From assembly GCF_006345805.1 (NCBI RefSeq), contig NC_043003.1, positions 42,842,001 through 42,906,000 of the forward strand: DNA of 64,000 nt, read 5' to 3'. The notes below the pieces were generated by a model. The model was not told the DNA's origin. It did not search any database and saw only the letters and a list, made by a program, of their open reading frames with translations. The position numbers and the translations under genes were made by a program. The stretch is from Octopus sinensis. Taxonomy: Eukaryota. This document shows positions 10,468 to 25,639 of this stretch, piece by piece. Positions within the stretch are counted from its first letter, which is position 1. The number at the start of each line of letters is the position of its first letter.

Positions 10468-12415
10468 CTGGAAAATATTACCAATTAAAGAAAAAATAAT
10501 ATAAAATAAAATATGAAAGTTAAATCATGTAAAAATAAATGCAAGCGCATCTTTTATGTTTTTTATTTCCTTTCTTATATTTATATTTCTAAGTTTTATT
10601 TATTTATTTCGTTTTTTCCCATGATATTTTTGTTTGTTTGTTTATGCGTAGTGAAAAATGTCTTGTTTTTGTTTGCGTCGTTCTTACTTTTGTTATTTTT
10701 TACTAGTGTATTAAATGTTGTTTTGTGTCTTTTTTTTTAATTGTTATCTACATTCATTCTCTCCGCCGAATCACGGTCGAGTGGTTTGTTAATGCTCACT
10801 GAAGCATGTAAACATCCTCAAATTACAAAAAATAAAGTTAGGGCAAAAAAAAAAAGGGAGCAAAACTAAATCCCTAGAAAGAGTTTTTCGGGTGGGATAT
10901 TGACAAAAGCAAAAGAAATGGTAAGAAATGGTGTGGAGAAATGAATCGGACACAGAGATGGTGAAACAGAGAGAGTGGGTGCGAGAGTAAGAGGGAGAAG
11001 CAGAAGAAAATTCTATGTGTGTGTCTTGGCCTGTGGGTAGTGAGAATGAAAAATAGTAGGTATATACATAATTAAGATAAAGAGGGTGGAGAAAGAGAGG
11101 AAGGAAAGTACATAGAGAGTATAGTATGAAATGAAGAAATTGAGGAGGGAAAGCCAAGTGAAGGGGGTACAGCAAACGAAAGAGGAAAGAGAGAGAGAGA
11201 GAGGGTGTGTGTGATTCAAAGAAGAGATAACGATAAAGAGTGTGGATGGAGAGAAAGCCAGGATAGTACGAAGAGAAGCGAAACAGTGAAAGAATGTACA
11301 GAGGGAGAAAGTAGAAAAGGAAGAGTGGTAGGTGTGACACAAAAGATAGATATAGAAAGAAAGGGAGAGAGGCAACAGATAAAAAAATGTTAACGAAAAA
11401 TACTGAAAAAGAAAAAAAGATTTGAGAGAGAGAGAGAGGAAAAGAGAGTGAAAGAAGCAGGGAGAGAGAGAAAGAGAGTTGTAGTATTATTGTGTAGAAA
11501 GGTTCACTATTTCAGACACATGTTTGACACTGTTTAAATGGGCCGCCATCATCCACAACTGTTAAACGACTCCCTAACGATGTGACCCATCCTACCAACA
11601 ACAACCCATCAGTCGTGCTGTGATCTATGGTAACTTAGCAAAAGAAAAAAAGAAAAATGATAAAGAAGGGGAATGGGGATGTCACCCCCCCCCCCCCATT
11701 ATTTTTACTTCTCACTCCTCCTACAACACATTGTGAAGTTTTGTTGTTTTTGTTGGAGCCCATTTTAGGATTGTTTTGTTTTGTTTTTGTATCATACATT
11801 GGTTGGAGGTGGAGAGATGCGAATGCTTTCACACCATACGCACAGACAAATGGATATAGCCATACACATAAATATAAATACGTACATTCACATATACATA
11901 TACTCATATATAGGTAAACAGTAAAATTAAATACAGACATGGACAAGAACATGAAACACCACAGAGACGACACAAGAACCACAGGACGGGACATTCGAAG
12001 CCTCAGTTCATCAGTCAAGAACCAGATCATCTTAGCAATTTCGGTGATTAATCTTGAGATTGCTCCGATATGGCCAGCCGCCAAGGGAAATCTAAGCCAA
12101 GCGCATTAGATCCCTGGAAGAAAGCTTCGAATGTATACAACGAAAGGACAGAAAACGATCGAAGTACACAAACAAAATACAGAATACGTGACACCAATAA
12201 GAATACAAAACGTAAAAAACAATAACGTGTAAAAATAAAAATAAACAACAAAACAAAACCAGGACGTAGGACAAGGTCTTCGACAGGACGATTGAGTAGG
12301 GGTGGCTTGTGAAGTTGTGCCTAAAGGCCACGGGGAGACGAAAAAATACGTGTTGCTTCTGAGGCTGCTGAAAACGAATGTATATATAAATAAATATGAA
12401 AATGTGTGTATATAT

Positions 12416-12835
12416 GAGTGGCTGTGTGGTAAGTAGCTTGCTTACTAACCACATGGTTCTGGATTCAGTCCCACTGCGTTGCGCCTTGGACAAGTGCCTT
12501 CTATTATAGCCTCGGGCCGACCAAAACTTTGTGAGTGGATTTGGTACACGGAAACTGAAAGAAGCCTATCGTATATACATATATATATGTGTGTGTGCGT
12601 GTGTGTGCGTGTGTGTGTATTTGTTTGTGTGTCTGTGTCTGTCCCACCAACGTCGCTTGAGAACCGACGCTGGTGTGTTTACGTCCCCGTAACTTAGCCG
12701 TTCGGCAAAAGACACCGATACAATAAGTACCAGGCTTACAAAGAATAAGTCCTGGGGTTTATTTGCTCGACTAAAGGCGGTGCTCCTGCATGGCCGCAGT
12801 CAAATGACTGGAACAAGTAAAAGAGAGTAAAAGAG
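12416..12835 (+). mobile_element. SINE family A, full length
   Basis: GAGTGGCTGTGTGGTAAGTAGCTTGC head, internal (TA)(TG) repeat, tail GCATGGCCGCAGTCAAATGACTGGAACAAGTAAAAGAG. Confidence 0.95.
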
Positions 12836-13371
12836 AAACCAAAATCAGAAACCAAAAAACGTCTAAGGTAATTAGTGAAATATTAATTAAGAATAGCAAT
12901 ATATATATATATATATATATATAGCGCGCCAGAGCCAAGACATTTGAAATTTTATCACTAGTGTAATCGGTAAAGCTACACACGTGTCTGTACTGGCACG
13001 AAAGCTGGGGTTAGCTTTTCCGTTTACATTACTATGAACGGATGCACTGAAGAAGCACGGACATTTGGATTGCATAAGTAATTCTCTTGTTAAGGCTGAA
13101 ACCGAGGTATGCATTTAATTCTGTTTTTTATATAAATTTTCATCTGTCATGCCCGCCAAAATTGGTTCTGGTGTTCGCTGTATTTTTCCTCTAGAGAATT
13201 TCCTTGTAGTTTGACCGTTGATGGTCTATTTCTAGCATATGGCCGACTCCCTAGCAGTAAGCCCTGCCAATATACACATATATTAGAATTTTCTCTGACT
13301 CCTCAGATTTTTGTATGCTGGACTACTGGTTTTAAATTGATATTAAAATTAATATTAATTTATCTCCCTCA

Positions 13372-13411
<40 letters not shown>

Positions 13412-14069
13412 AAAGAATATACATCGGATAACTGTACAATGGATATGCTGAGTGAGTGTGTGTGTGTGTTTATATATATATATACATGCACATATACATA
13501 GAAATATTTATATAACAGTGCAAATGCACTCTTAGAAATGTAAACAACACAGGACAAATCACCATATAGATAACAATACCTATACATATAAGCCCATCCG
13601 CATATATACACACGTGCACACGCGTAACTCCCATCCCCAAAATCTCTGGATTCTCTATGCAGAAGCATCATCTGCTTAAACTCCCTTAAATCATATCCCA
13701 TTTTCTCAGAAATAGACGGACGATTTGGATAATGTAGTCACCGATAAACGAATATACAAGATAGGCATATATGGAACGTCCTTTATCATAGGTCCGATAT
13801 TTGTGGCGCTAAACAAAAGCAGCAAAGGCATATACACACTTACGACGCATGTATTCAAATACGCACACGCACATACAACACACACATGCATATACGCATA
13901 TGTATCGACACCTCATGACAATACGCAAACTGTGAAACATCCTACAGACTTACACAAACACAGAAAGATGTAAGACTAACAGATTCGAATGCTCTTCCTG
14001 CCGGTGAAATAGTGTGACCGTTTCTGCGTAGGATAGAACTCCAGGGATCCGTTATTTTCATATTTTAAT

Positions 14070-14145
14070 TTTTCTACGGTCTTCATTCTGAGTTCCAATC
14101 CGACCGTGGTGAACTTCGCTTTCTTTCATCCTTTTGGGACTGAAA
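14070..14145 (+). mobile_element. Diverged SINE family C fragment
   Basis: TTCTGAGTTCCAATCCGACCGTGGTGAACTTCGCTTTCTTTCATCCTTTTGGGAC matches the C-family B-box and core. Confidence 0.45.
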
Positions 14146-15108
14146 AAAAGAAAAACAAACAAAAAACGGTGTTGGAGATTGTTTTGTTTTCACGGTTTCA
14201 CACGCAAAATCCAATTTTCTGAGGAAAAATTTCTCCAGATGTAGTTTTCATGCTAATTACGTTAATCATAACCATTTTTCCTGTCTTTCTTTCATTCTTT
14301 CTTTCTTTCTTTTTCCTTTCGTTCTCTCTTTCTTTTTCCTGTCTTTCTTTCTTTTCGAAGAATTTACAAACAAAGAAGTTACGGGCATTTAATATTTAAA
14401 TATTTTCAATTTCGACCAATCAGATGCAGCCATATATTCCCGAAACAACATGGCAATATATCGAAAATAAATTGCCATATATTCCCATAAGAACATATTA
14501 AAACAAAGTGAGCAAACATATTGAAATGAAAACTATTTTAACCAACGTAAACAAGCAAGAAATTGAAAACCGTAACGAGCGGCCGAGTAGAGAATTTGAG
14601 ATGTCTGTGGGAACACTTTGATAACAGAGGGTGTTATTTCCAACTGAGAGTTAGAACACGGGAAAATAGACTTTGTTTGTGAAAACACCAATAAATATTT
14701 CCGGTTTTGTTGGAATTGCCCAATGGCACCGTTGGTAAATAATCTGCAGGGAATTTGTGTCTGCGTGGAAAGACTTCACGGCATCACGCTTCCACTAAAA
14801 ACCATATCTGTGTTATGTATTGTTGAATAAAAACAGCTAGCTACTGTTCGTTTCTGTGGGGATCAGATGCAAACGACCCAAAAGAATAGTGGTTACAACT
14901 ACACGAGGGAACTGTGCACAGTCGACTTATTTCGTAACAATGCAGATAGATGGCCTTGGAACGTTCGTGAAATAGACAAACGATATAATGCAGACAAGGA
15001 ACCAATCAAGGAAGTATGCTACTGGCTGAGGCCTGGCAGTGTTTGTTCTGCCTCATTTTACTGAGATCAACTCCCGCCATAACCTACGTGTAATATACTT
15101 ACATACAT

Positions 15109-15521
15109 AGGAGTGGCTGTGTGGCAAGTAGCTTGCTTACGAACCACATGGTTCCGGGTTCAATTCCACTGCGTGGCACCTTGGTCAAGTGTCTTCTATT
15201 ATAGCCTCGGGCCGAACAAAGCCTTGTGAGTGGATTTGGTAGACGGAAACTGAAAGAAGCCCGTCGTATATATGTGTATATATATGTATGTGTGTGTGTG
15301 TATATGTTTGTGTGTCTGTGTTTGTCCCCCCCCCCAACATCGCTTGAGAACCGATGCTGGTGTGTTTACGTCCTCGTAACTTAGCGGTTCGGCAAAAGAG
15401 ACCGATAGAATAAATACCCGGCTTACAAAGAATAAGTTCTGGGGTCGATTTACTCGACTAAAGGCGGTGCTCCATCATGGCCACAGTCAAATGACTGAAA
15501 CAAGTAAAAGAGTAAAAAGAG
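15109..15521 (+). mobile_element. SINE family A, full length
   Basis: AGGAGTGGCTGTGTGGCAAGTAGC...GGTTCCGGGTTCAATTCC B-box, CORE-like CCTTGGTCAAGTG, internal TA/TG repeat, tail CATGGCCACAGTCAAATGACTGAAACAAGTAAAAGAG. Confidence 0.95.
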
Positions 15522-16663
15522 TATACATAGCCCGGTTTAACACCACAACGTGCTCTTTCGGTGACTTCAACGAAATCCACTCCTTTGTAAGCAGTCAGAC
15601 CAGATCTCAGGCTGGAGACCACTTTCGTCTTCCCCTTCCACCATACATGGAAGCCCTGTAAAGAGGCAAAAGTACTGTCAACCTTCCCTCCTGACTAAAA
15701 TCAAATATATTTAATCTCACAGAAAACCAACACGAACATATTCAAACTGCTTTGAAACAGATAAAATAACATACACTCTCTCTCTCACTCTCTCCCCAAC
15801 CTCTCTCTCTCTCTCTCGCTCTCTCTCACACACACATTCCTACACAACACAAAAATGTCAACAAGAGAGTTTCTGTGTAGTCAATGGATCTGCTGGAAAT
15901 AGCAGTCAATTTTCTCTTAATTGTACACTATTCTGTTGGAAAAAAAGAAGCACTTATGTACACTAAGCCTTTGCACATTAACCATTTGATATCAATATAT
16001 TAGTGTGTTATAGAGACGAAGTATTTCGTTATTCAACCATAATATACTATAAAGTATATTAAACGTTATAGCCGGCCTTCATTTTTTTCCCGACGTTTCG
16101 TATCCGAGACGTCAGGTGTAAACAATATCAATATAGTTCATGCGTTCATCCTTTAGACTCCATACCTGTTAACAACGTTGCATGCGATTCGTGTTTCTTA
16201 ATACCTGGGTGAGCATGTGTTTCAAGAAATATCTCTTGTAGTTGCCTTTTCATATGTCGTTATTGATGATCTTCATTTCCAAGTATTTACGTGTGGCACC
16301 ATCACAGCTCTATAAACAATGACTTTTTTTTTCTCTTTTGTACAACAATGGCATCCAGATTCCGGAATGTTTTTTTTTTCTTTGTAACTAACTTTAAAGT
16401 TGTATCTATGAAATAGCTCATGATACTTGAAGCTGGTTGGGAACTACGCTCTGATTGATACCAAGTAGTTCTTAGGCTCATTAGTTAGTTGCTACATGAT
16501 CATTTAAAGAATATGTTGTTACTCTTCCTGAATTTCCTGACAGGATGTTGTCGATAAAGTGAACATTATTAAAGGTACCCGAGTGTATAGAGAAAACTTT
16601 ATACCCGGTAACATGTTACTCAAACAGGACGAGAAAATATAAGCTGATACACATGTTGATAGC

Positions 16664-16910
16664 GGAGGCACATGGCCTAGTGGTTAGAGCAGCGGACTCG
16701 CAGTCGAGGGATCGCGGGTTCGAATCTCAGACCGGGCGATATATGTGTTTATGAGCGAAACACCCAAGCTCTATGTGGCTCCGGCAGAAGGTAATGGCGA
16801 ACTTCTGCTGACTATTTCGCCACAACTTTTTCTCACTCTTTCCTCCTGCATCTTGCAGCTCACCTACGACGGACTGGCGTCCCGTCCAGGTGGGGAACCA
16901 ATACACCAAG
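16664..16910 (+). mobile_element. SINE family B (tRNA-Arg-like head)
   Basis: GGAGGCACATGGCCTAGTGGTTAGAGC (A box)...GGGTTCGAATC (B box), later GACGGACTGGCGTCCCGTCCAGGTGGGG; related copies at 47532 and 61496. Confidence 0.9.
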
Positions 16911-17354
16911 GAACAAAACAAAAGCATGTGGATATAGTTTGTTTGCATTAATAGAAATTTTTTCATACACACGGTGTCCCTGAGAAATGAACTTCAGTAT
17001 TAAATATTATGAACAAGCTAATTTATATACCTATTCAAGTACAGGGATTTATACCCATTTAATGATTAACATGTCATTACTTCGATATATGCAGTGGTCA
17101 CTGTGCCATGCTGAGGAGAGCTAATAATATCGATACGTGACAACAATTCTCTCACGGCATGTTGAATTGATTAAACGGCCATTAATAATTGAAGTAATGC
17201 TCATTTCTAAATAGAATGTTTGATAAATGTTCTACTGAAATATTTTAATAATTTCAATTTTATAAGTGTGTGGGTGAGTATATGTCTGTTGATCTCTCTC
17301 TCTCTCTCTATCTATCTATCTTTCTATTTATCTATCAATCTATCTATCTATCAT

Positions 17355-17873
17355 TAATTGGTAGAAATAACTGAGTGATTCAAGTACTGAAAGTTTCGTG
17401 CGTTAGCCCCTTCGAACTAGTTACAAATCAAGGATCAAATTATAAAATCTGTTACAATGTTACGGGGATAATTCACGTGTATAATTCATATTTTTCTAAC
17501 AGCTTGCCCGTTACGCCGTTCTATAGAAAGAAAGAGAGAGAGAAGGGAGGGAGGCTATACACTAGACTTTTATTAAACTGTTATTTCATATTATTCTGCC
17601 CTTCCGTCTGACCCTTGTATATGTGTGTGTGTCTATACATAAGAGTATGAGTGCGTATGTGTGTATAGATGCATGTGAGGATTTGTCGATATTGCCATGC
17701 GTGTCTGAATATAGTGCATGTTCATATGAGTGTGCGCGTTTTTGTTTGAGTATGTATATACGTTTATGTGCGGGTATTTACTTGCCTGAATATATACACA
17801 CGCGCACACATATACATATATAATTGGTAGAAGTAACAGAGTGACTCCAGTACTGAGAGTTTCGTCCGTTAGC
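17355..17873. repeat. Two 53-bp direct repeats (17355-17407, 17821-17873), each following a microsatellite
   Basis: TAATTGGTAGAA(A/G)TAAC(T/A)GAGTGA...GTACTGA(A/G)AGTTTCGT(G/C)CGTTAGC; 6 mismatches in 53. Confidence 0.8.
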
Positions 17874-17914
17874 ATTTAACAAATTAGACACAAATCAAAA
17901 TCACACATTACACT

Positions 17915-18068
17915 CTCAGAGTGGTTGGCATTAGGAAGGACATCCAGCCGTAGAAATCATACCAAATCAGACTGGAGTTTGGTGTAGCTCCTCCTCAGGT
18001 TGCGAGCTCTGGGTTAAACCGTTCAACCCTTGCCAGGATGGACAGCGGACGCTAAATGCTGATGATAA
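17915..18068 (+). mobile_element. 3' tail of an RTE-type LINE/SINE
   Basis: GAGTGGTTGGCATTAGGAAGGACATCCAGCCGTAGAAA...AACCCTTGCCAGGATGGACAGCGGACGCTAAATGCTGATGAT ending in a (TGA)-like tail; the RTE assignment is from recollection of RTE-type tails. Confidence 0.6.
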
Positions 18069-18115
18069 TATATATATATGTGTGTGTGTGTATGTGTGTG
18101 TGTGTGTGTGTGGTG

Positions 18116-18146
<31 letters not shown>

Positions 18147-18630
18147 TGTGTTGTGTGTGTGTGTGCGTGTAGTGAAAATTGCGTCTAATGGCATAATGCA
18201 ATACACATATGCAATATGTGTCGGCTGTTAAGATACGAATTATGCTTGGCAATGAAGAGGTTTTTGGTTCGATACTCGTGGGTAGCTTTTTACGTCGACA
18301 CGAATCTTCTATAATTCTGTCTTATATATCGCGCGTCGTTATTCTCGCCAAATTTTACATTAATAGTTCAAGTTATGGGTGGAATACTAATTCAATTTAA
18401 CATTAGATTCTCCAGTTAACAGAATTGGATACTCATCGTCGAAATTGACGGAGGCACCACCGTTATCTTGTATGTTTATATACACGCACACACTTATATG
18501 CGTAAACACATATGTACAAATAACTGCGTTGTGTGAGAATGTGTGCATTGATGCGTGCATATGTAAACATGCACGTATCTGTTTTTGGCTGTCAGAATGA
18601 CATATGTGTTTCTGGATGTGTGTGTGTGTG

Positions 18631-18677
<47 letters not shown>

Positions 18678-18702
18678 TGTGTGCGTGTGTGTGTGTGTGT
18701 GT
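18069..18702. repeat. (TG)n arrays at 18069-18170 and 18617-18702
   Basis: Seen directly. Confidence 0.9.
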
Positions 18703-19633
18703 GTACATTCATATCAGTGCGTCTGAATTTTTCTGCATGTGTCTGTGTATGTATTTTGTATGTATTTGTATTTTTCGTACTTATAAGGGTATATATATAT
18801 ATGCGTGTATGGATCTATGTATATAGTAAATATTTTGCTTTTGTGATGTGATTGTGGCAGTGTATAGAATATGACAATATGTCTTATACTTATACACGTA
18901 TACGTATGCTAGTTTCCTTGGAACTTTATCTGTTGCTCGATTAATTCGATGGACCACACAAGAAGTGTCAGTTTGCTAAACGTAACTTTGCCAACTCAAG
19001 GGCATATATTGCTATGTCGCTTCATTTGTGTGTCACATACGAAAACACTAAGCAGCACCACCATAGACACTATAACCGTTGTGCCGTTGTGTCTTTAACT
19101 AACGCAAAATGAAGCACACAACAAAGAGCATCGAAATAATAATCTCCAGAAATTGCCGTAATTCAAATCACAGAATTACATATATAAGAGTGCTCAAACT
19201 TTCACAATACTAAAATCCATTATAAACATGCTCAAAATCACCAACATAATCACCAATATCGTTGCAAAGATGATATATGTGTAAGTGAACATATTCTACC
19301 TTTCTTGTACATAAGTATTAGTTTCCAATAAATACTGGCGCAAACACCAACAAAATACCTTTTTTTTATAGTCAATAATGTTTTTGCTTTAATCCTGCAT
19401 TAGAAGTCCTTTCGCATATCGTATTTTTGATATTACACGAGTTCCCATTGTTCATATATATTTTTATATTTAATATAAATTTAGTGTATATATATCTCCA
19501 TATGACGTGATGCTATGATCGTACGCGTAAGTATAAGCAAAAATAATGAAATACATACAAACAACATTATTACACGTGAGCACTTAGCTTGTATAGACAA
19601 GCATTCAAATTCTGTAAACAACATGCAATACTT

Positions 19634-19671
<38 letters not shown>

Positions 19672-20269
19672 GTGTGTGTATCTCATCGTATTCATATCCA
19701 TAATCACTACCAAAAAAGACCTTTATAAAGTACACTGAAAATGTTATATTAAAAAAAAACTGATCAAACGCCAGTGTAATCACCGCATCATACAATGCCA
19801 TAAAATCAGAGTAAACACCACTATAAACATTATCACAAGTACTACTGTAAACAGCGTGAACACCACTGCAAACTCTTTTATCAAATTCCACGGTAACTAC
19901 CACATTAAGACACCATAATATATACCACTACCACCATCACCATGAAACAACCAAAATCAACACTGTAAAAATCAGCGTAAGCAACACTTTAAGCACCACC
20001 GCCAAACACCAACATAAACATTACATTATACACTACCATTAACAAAACCTCAAACGCCAGGTTTTACTCAACTATTTTAGACAAATTTTGTACATGCATT
20101 TTGCACTACAGTGCACAAAGTGGGATGAATTTGTATGCTGAGGTAAAAAGAGAAGTGCAACGCTTCGTAAAAATCATTTTGTTGGCGATAAAATGCTTAT
20201 TCAGAAAAGTGAACAAATATATTAGATGTGGCGTGAAAAGGAGAAAAAAAAAAGAAATATGTATATATA

Positions 20270-20501
<232 letters not shown>

Positions 20502-20893
20502 AGGTTAAATGAATGTACTCTAAGGCGTTTATCAGAAAGTAGATTTACAAAGATACAAATTTTATAAGAAAACATATCACAATGTAGCATAAAGAGATTT
20601 TGCTACAATTTCTAGCAGATCAAGTGCCCACGGAATCTCTACGCGGTCTCTCAAACTTGATCAAATATCAGTCAAATATTCCGCAAATAACATGGAACTG
20701 CTCTTTAAAAAAATGACATCAAATTATATTATGTGGTCCTCTATATGTACCAAAGTTTATTAAATATAAACTGCCATTTAAGCTGTTGAAGGCTGAAAAA
20801 AAATAGACGCTTGGGGCGAGAAACTGTAGAGCAATGAATTGAATCACAAACTTGGAACAAATAAATATATATACTCCAATATACGTTATGCAA

Positions 20894-20928
<35 letters not shown>

Positions 20929-20930
<2 letters not shown>

Positions 20931-21051
20931 GACGGGCATCTTTCAGTTTCCGTCTACCAAATCCACTCACAAGGCTTTGGTCGGTCCGAGGCTATAGTAG
21001 AAGACACTTGCCCAAGGTTCGCAAGCAAGCTACTTACCACACAGCCACTCC
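20929..21051 (-). mobile_element. SINE family A 5' module with an internal ~35-nt deletion in the tRNA head
   Basis: TTTCAGTTTCCGTCTACCAAATCCACTCACAAGGCTTTGGTCGG...CCCAAGG joined almost directly to AAGCAAGCTACTTACCACACAGCCACTCC. Confidence 0.85.
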
Positions 21052-21499
21052 TACGCCTATGTAGAAGATATTTTTAAAAATTTGGGTGGTTAATATTTTA
21101 TAGAGGTTTTTTTTTATAGTCTTGTTGATGAACGATTTTGAAATATCTTGTTGCACCTCCACTGATTCAGAAATAAATACTTTGAAAAAGTATATAAAAT
21201 TAGCAAAATTTATTTACTTTTCACATTCGGCAGTCTGTTATTGTTGTCGATGTTATTTTTGATAGCTGTTGATGAGTTGTGGGTAACACACAGTTTATCC
21301 TAGTATTGCATTTAAGCATTGTTTTAATGTTAATATTTAAATAAGAGACAAAGATAAAGCAAAGAAACTGTACATAGATATCTATTGCTCTATACCATTC
21401 TCTTGCCCCATATAAACACATATAAACCTTCCCACCACCCTTCGTAGTGTGTTACCGCCCAGTTTGAGAAGCACTACTTTTGACAACGCGGCATAAATA

Positions 21500-22100
21500 C
21501 TTCAACACCACTTAATTCACCTAGAAACCAGACTCTACAATAAGACCCAAAGAAGCAATTCCCAGATCCACTGTCTCCCTCCATACCAGCAACCCCAAAG
21601 AATATCAAATAAATCAAACGCAACACTCCGCAATACAAATCTACCACACATACAGAAGACGAAAATACTAGGAGTTATATACAACTGCTGTATAACACTC
21701 AGAACACACAGAACATAGCGGAGAAAGCAATACGGTGTATGTATATGCGGAGAGCAATCTTGAATGCAACAACTGGTAACAAAGGGCGTCCACCTAACTG
21801 AGCGCCTATCTCTTCGTATCAATCTGCGATAAACTGCAAAGTACACGAAACAGTGCACTATCTGTTACAAGCTGTATACAGAACATGAGTGCTGGTCACT
21901 TGCACAACAAAATATAGATACTAATAACAACTAACTGGCTGCATATGCAGGGGCATGTTCGCTGCTACTGCAAGTTTCAATCCAATATAATTTACTTGGA
22001 CATGTAAGGAGTACAATTTGCTGTTCGATCCTGAAATTGCATGAAAAGTCTGCTTCAGATACTGAGGCACCAATATAAACGATACCGTACAGCGGAAACA
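21500..22100 (+). mobile_element. Decayed LINE (I/Jockey-group-like) RT C-terminal/thumb region
   Basis: Manual translation across frameshifts: ATLRNTNLPHIQKTKILGVIYN (cf. KILGVTFD), KLQSTRNSALSVTSC..HLHNKI*IL (cf. KLQ..QN.ALR..TGC..HLH.E..IL), YLDM*GVQF. Confidence 0.65.
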
Positions 22101-22639
22101 ATATCCTATAAAGCGCCATTTCTTTTATTTAGTATGGACAAACCCTAAAAAGCAAAACAAAAGAATAGGAGCACACAAATAACCGTAATTTCAGTAACGA
22201 AACTGGACCCAAACATTGTGGTGTAATACCCGCGCCACCACTAATAGCTCAAGGGGCAATAAACTTTACATTATTTGGCCGAATCAAATTTGGTGCTTCT
22301 TTTGTACCGCAATCAATATACGAGTGCATTTGGAAATGGAAAGAACAAAGGAGAAATTGCAACCAGTCCAGATTGTTATACAAAATTCAACTTTGAGAAC
22401 CACATTTTGCAACATATCTAGAACGGCACACGATTCTGGGGATGTAGGTGCGACGTAGCTCGTTGTTTGGAAAACTATCTCAGAAGAATAAGGGCCTATA
22501 CGATTAGAACTGATTTAAAGTGGTGCAAAAATAACTGATACAGAAAAAGGAAAGAAATCATACAAGCGTGTGTGTATGTTTACTGGGACACACTCACATG
22601 CAAACACACAGACAGACACACACATATACATATGTATTA

Positions 22640-24240
<1,601 letters not shown>

Positions 24241-24599
24241 TATTTATATTTATATTTAACGCATAGTTACACATAAGGAATATTAAATGGATATATACGC
24301 TTTAAACACACTAACCTACCATTCCATTTACATTTAAAAAACGTTCGTGTCCCACCAACATCTAGCCTGTATGCTTTCTTACGCTGTGTGTGTGTGTGTA
24401 TGTTTGTGTGGTATGTGTGTTTATGTGTATATCAGGTGAGTGTGTGTATCTGTATGTATGTTTATATAAAAATAGTAAGATTTATTAGATTGCAAAAGAT
24501 ACGAATCTAACCATGAATTATTTTCTGAGATTTAACTTTAGTTTTGGGTGCAAGCAGATACGATCCTGATACTAAACTTAGCAAGAAAGTTCAGTATAT

Positions 24600-24960
24600 T
24601 AATAATATATGTGCCAACCTTTATACAACCAATTATTGTCAACAGTATGTCAGTTAGTGTTTTCAGTTTCGCAGCATTCTCCACTTTCTTCTGAATATCA
24701 GAGTTAAGGAAGTCTGTTTGGCCCATCGCTTGCCCCGAACAACAAAATAAGGTGTCGCTTGTAATCCATGCAGAAATGCCCGAAATCATGTGACAAATAT
24801 TTGTCCCTTCTCGTCGCTGAGCGAAACTCATTTTATTGCCTCCTTTTGTATCTGACGAAGAAATACGTCGAACAGCTTTCATTGCCGGGTATCTTAGACT
24901 GTCCACCGCAGCTCTCATAAAGGAACCTTTGAGTTCATGCTGAAAATATGATCTAGCACT
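24600..24960 (-). mobile_element. Decayed hAT (Charlie/Buster-like) transposase fragment
   Basis: Across frameshifts: LKGSFMRAAVD / SKIPGNESCSTYFFVRY / FAQRREGTNICHMI / LFGASDGP / KKV..ILLTIIGC, paralleling the Charlie-type order F.LQLDEST LPGNE..LL.YVRF..LFA...TKGE.IF..ATDGAP..LTIHC (from memory). Confidence 0.55.
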
Positions 24961-25424
24961 CCTCTCGTTTGTAGCATGTCAGTGCATGCATCCTTAAATT
25001 TATTCAATAGCACCCCATGCAATCTATTTCCCTTTGTTTCTCACTAAACAATATCAATTTTATTTTAACCGACCTCTTCAGCGCCATCCACCAATGGCTT
25101 TCGAAATTGCATCTCGCCCCGCCTCGCCAAACAGCACTAAGCTAATTCACAAATCCAGGCCCTGTAGGATTTGCGTGCCGTGAACGAAACATTCAGCTTC
25201 CTGTAACCGGGTCATTCGCTAAGCGCTCTTTCTAGGTCGAACGTGCAGATCACAAATTTGCAGTCTGTATAATACTGAAGATAATCATCATAATAATGCT
25301 GGTGTTTGTATTGCTAATAATTTCTATATTTTTATTTCTATTCTAGCGTATTTTGTGTAGCCGTTTTCGCCTTAATATACCGTAAATAATGAGTGAGTGT
25401 ATGTGTTGAATTTAAGGGGTAAAT

Positions 25425-25598
25425 GAATACAAACATGCATACATACATACATACATACATACATACATACAAACATACACACACATACATGCATACATAC
25501 ATACGTATACACATACTTAAGTATGCATTATGTATGTACGTCTGTATATATATGTATGTATATGTATATATGTGTATGTATTTATGTGTGAGTGTGTG

Positions 25599-25639
<41 letters not shown>

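Noticed and set aside
15540-15720. SFGDFNEIH resembling an APE endonuclease GDFN motif
   Set aside because: A single 4-residue match with no other endonuclease motifs in register.
16089-16118. Minus-strand CTGACG...GAAACGTC
   Set aside because: A9 is missing, stem II has at most 2 bp and stem I only 1 bp; too weak to call.
16664-16738. tRNA-like sequences (also 47720-47796, 61496-61570 and family A/C heads)
   Set aside because: They have A/B boxes but no complete cloverleaf and continue into shared SINE bodies, so they are SINE heads, not tRNA genes.
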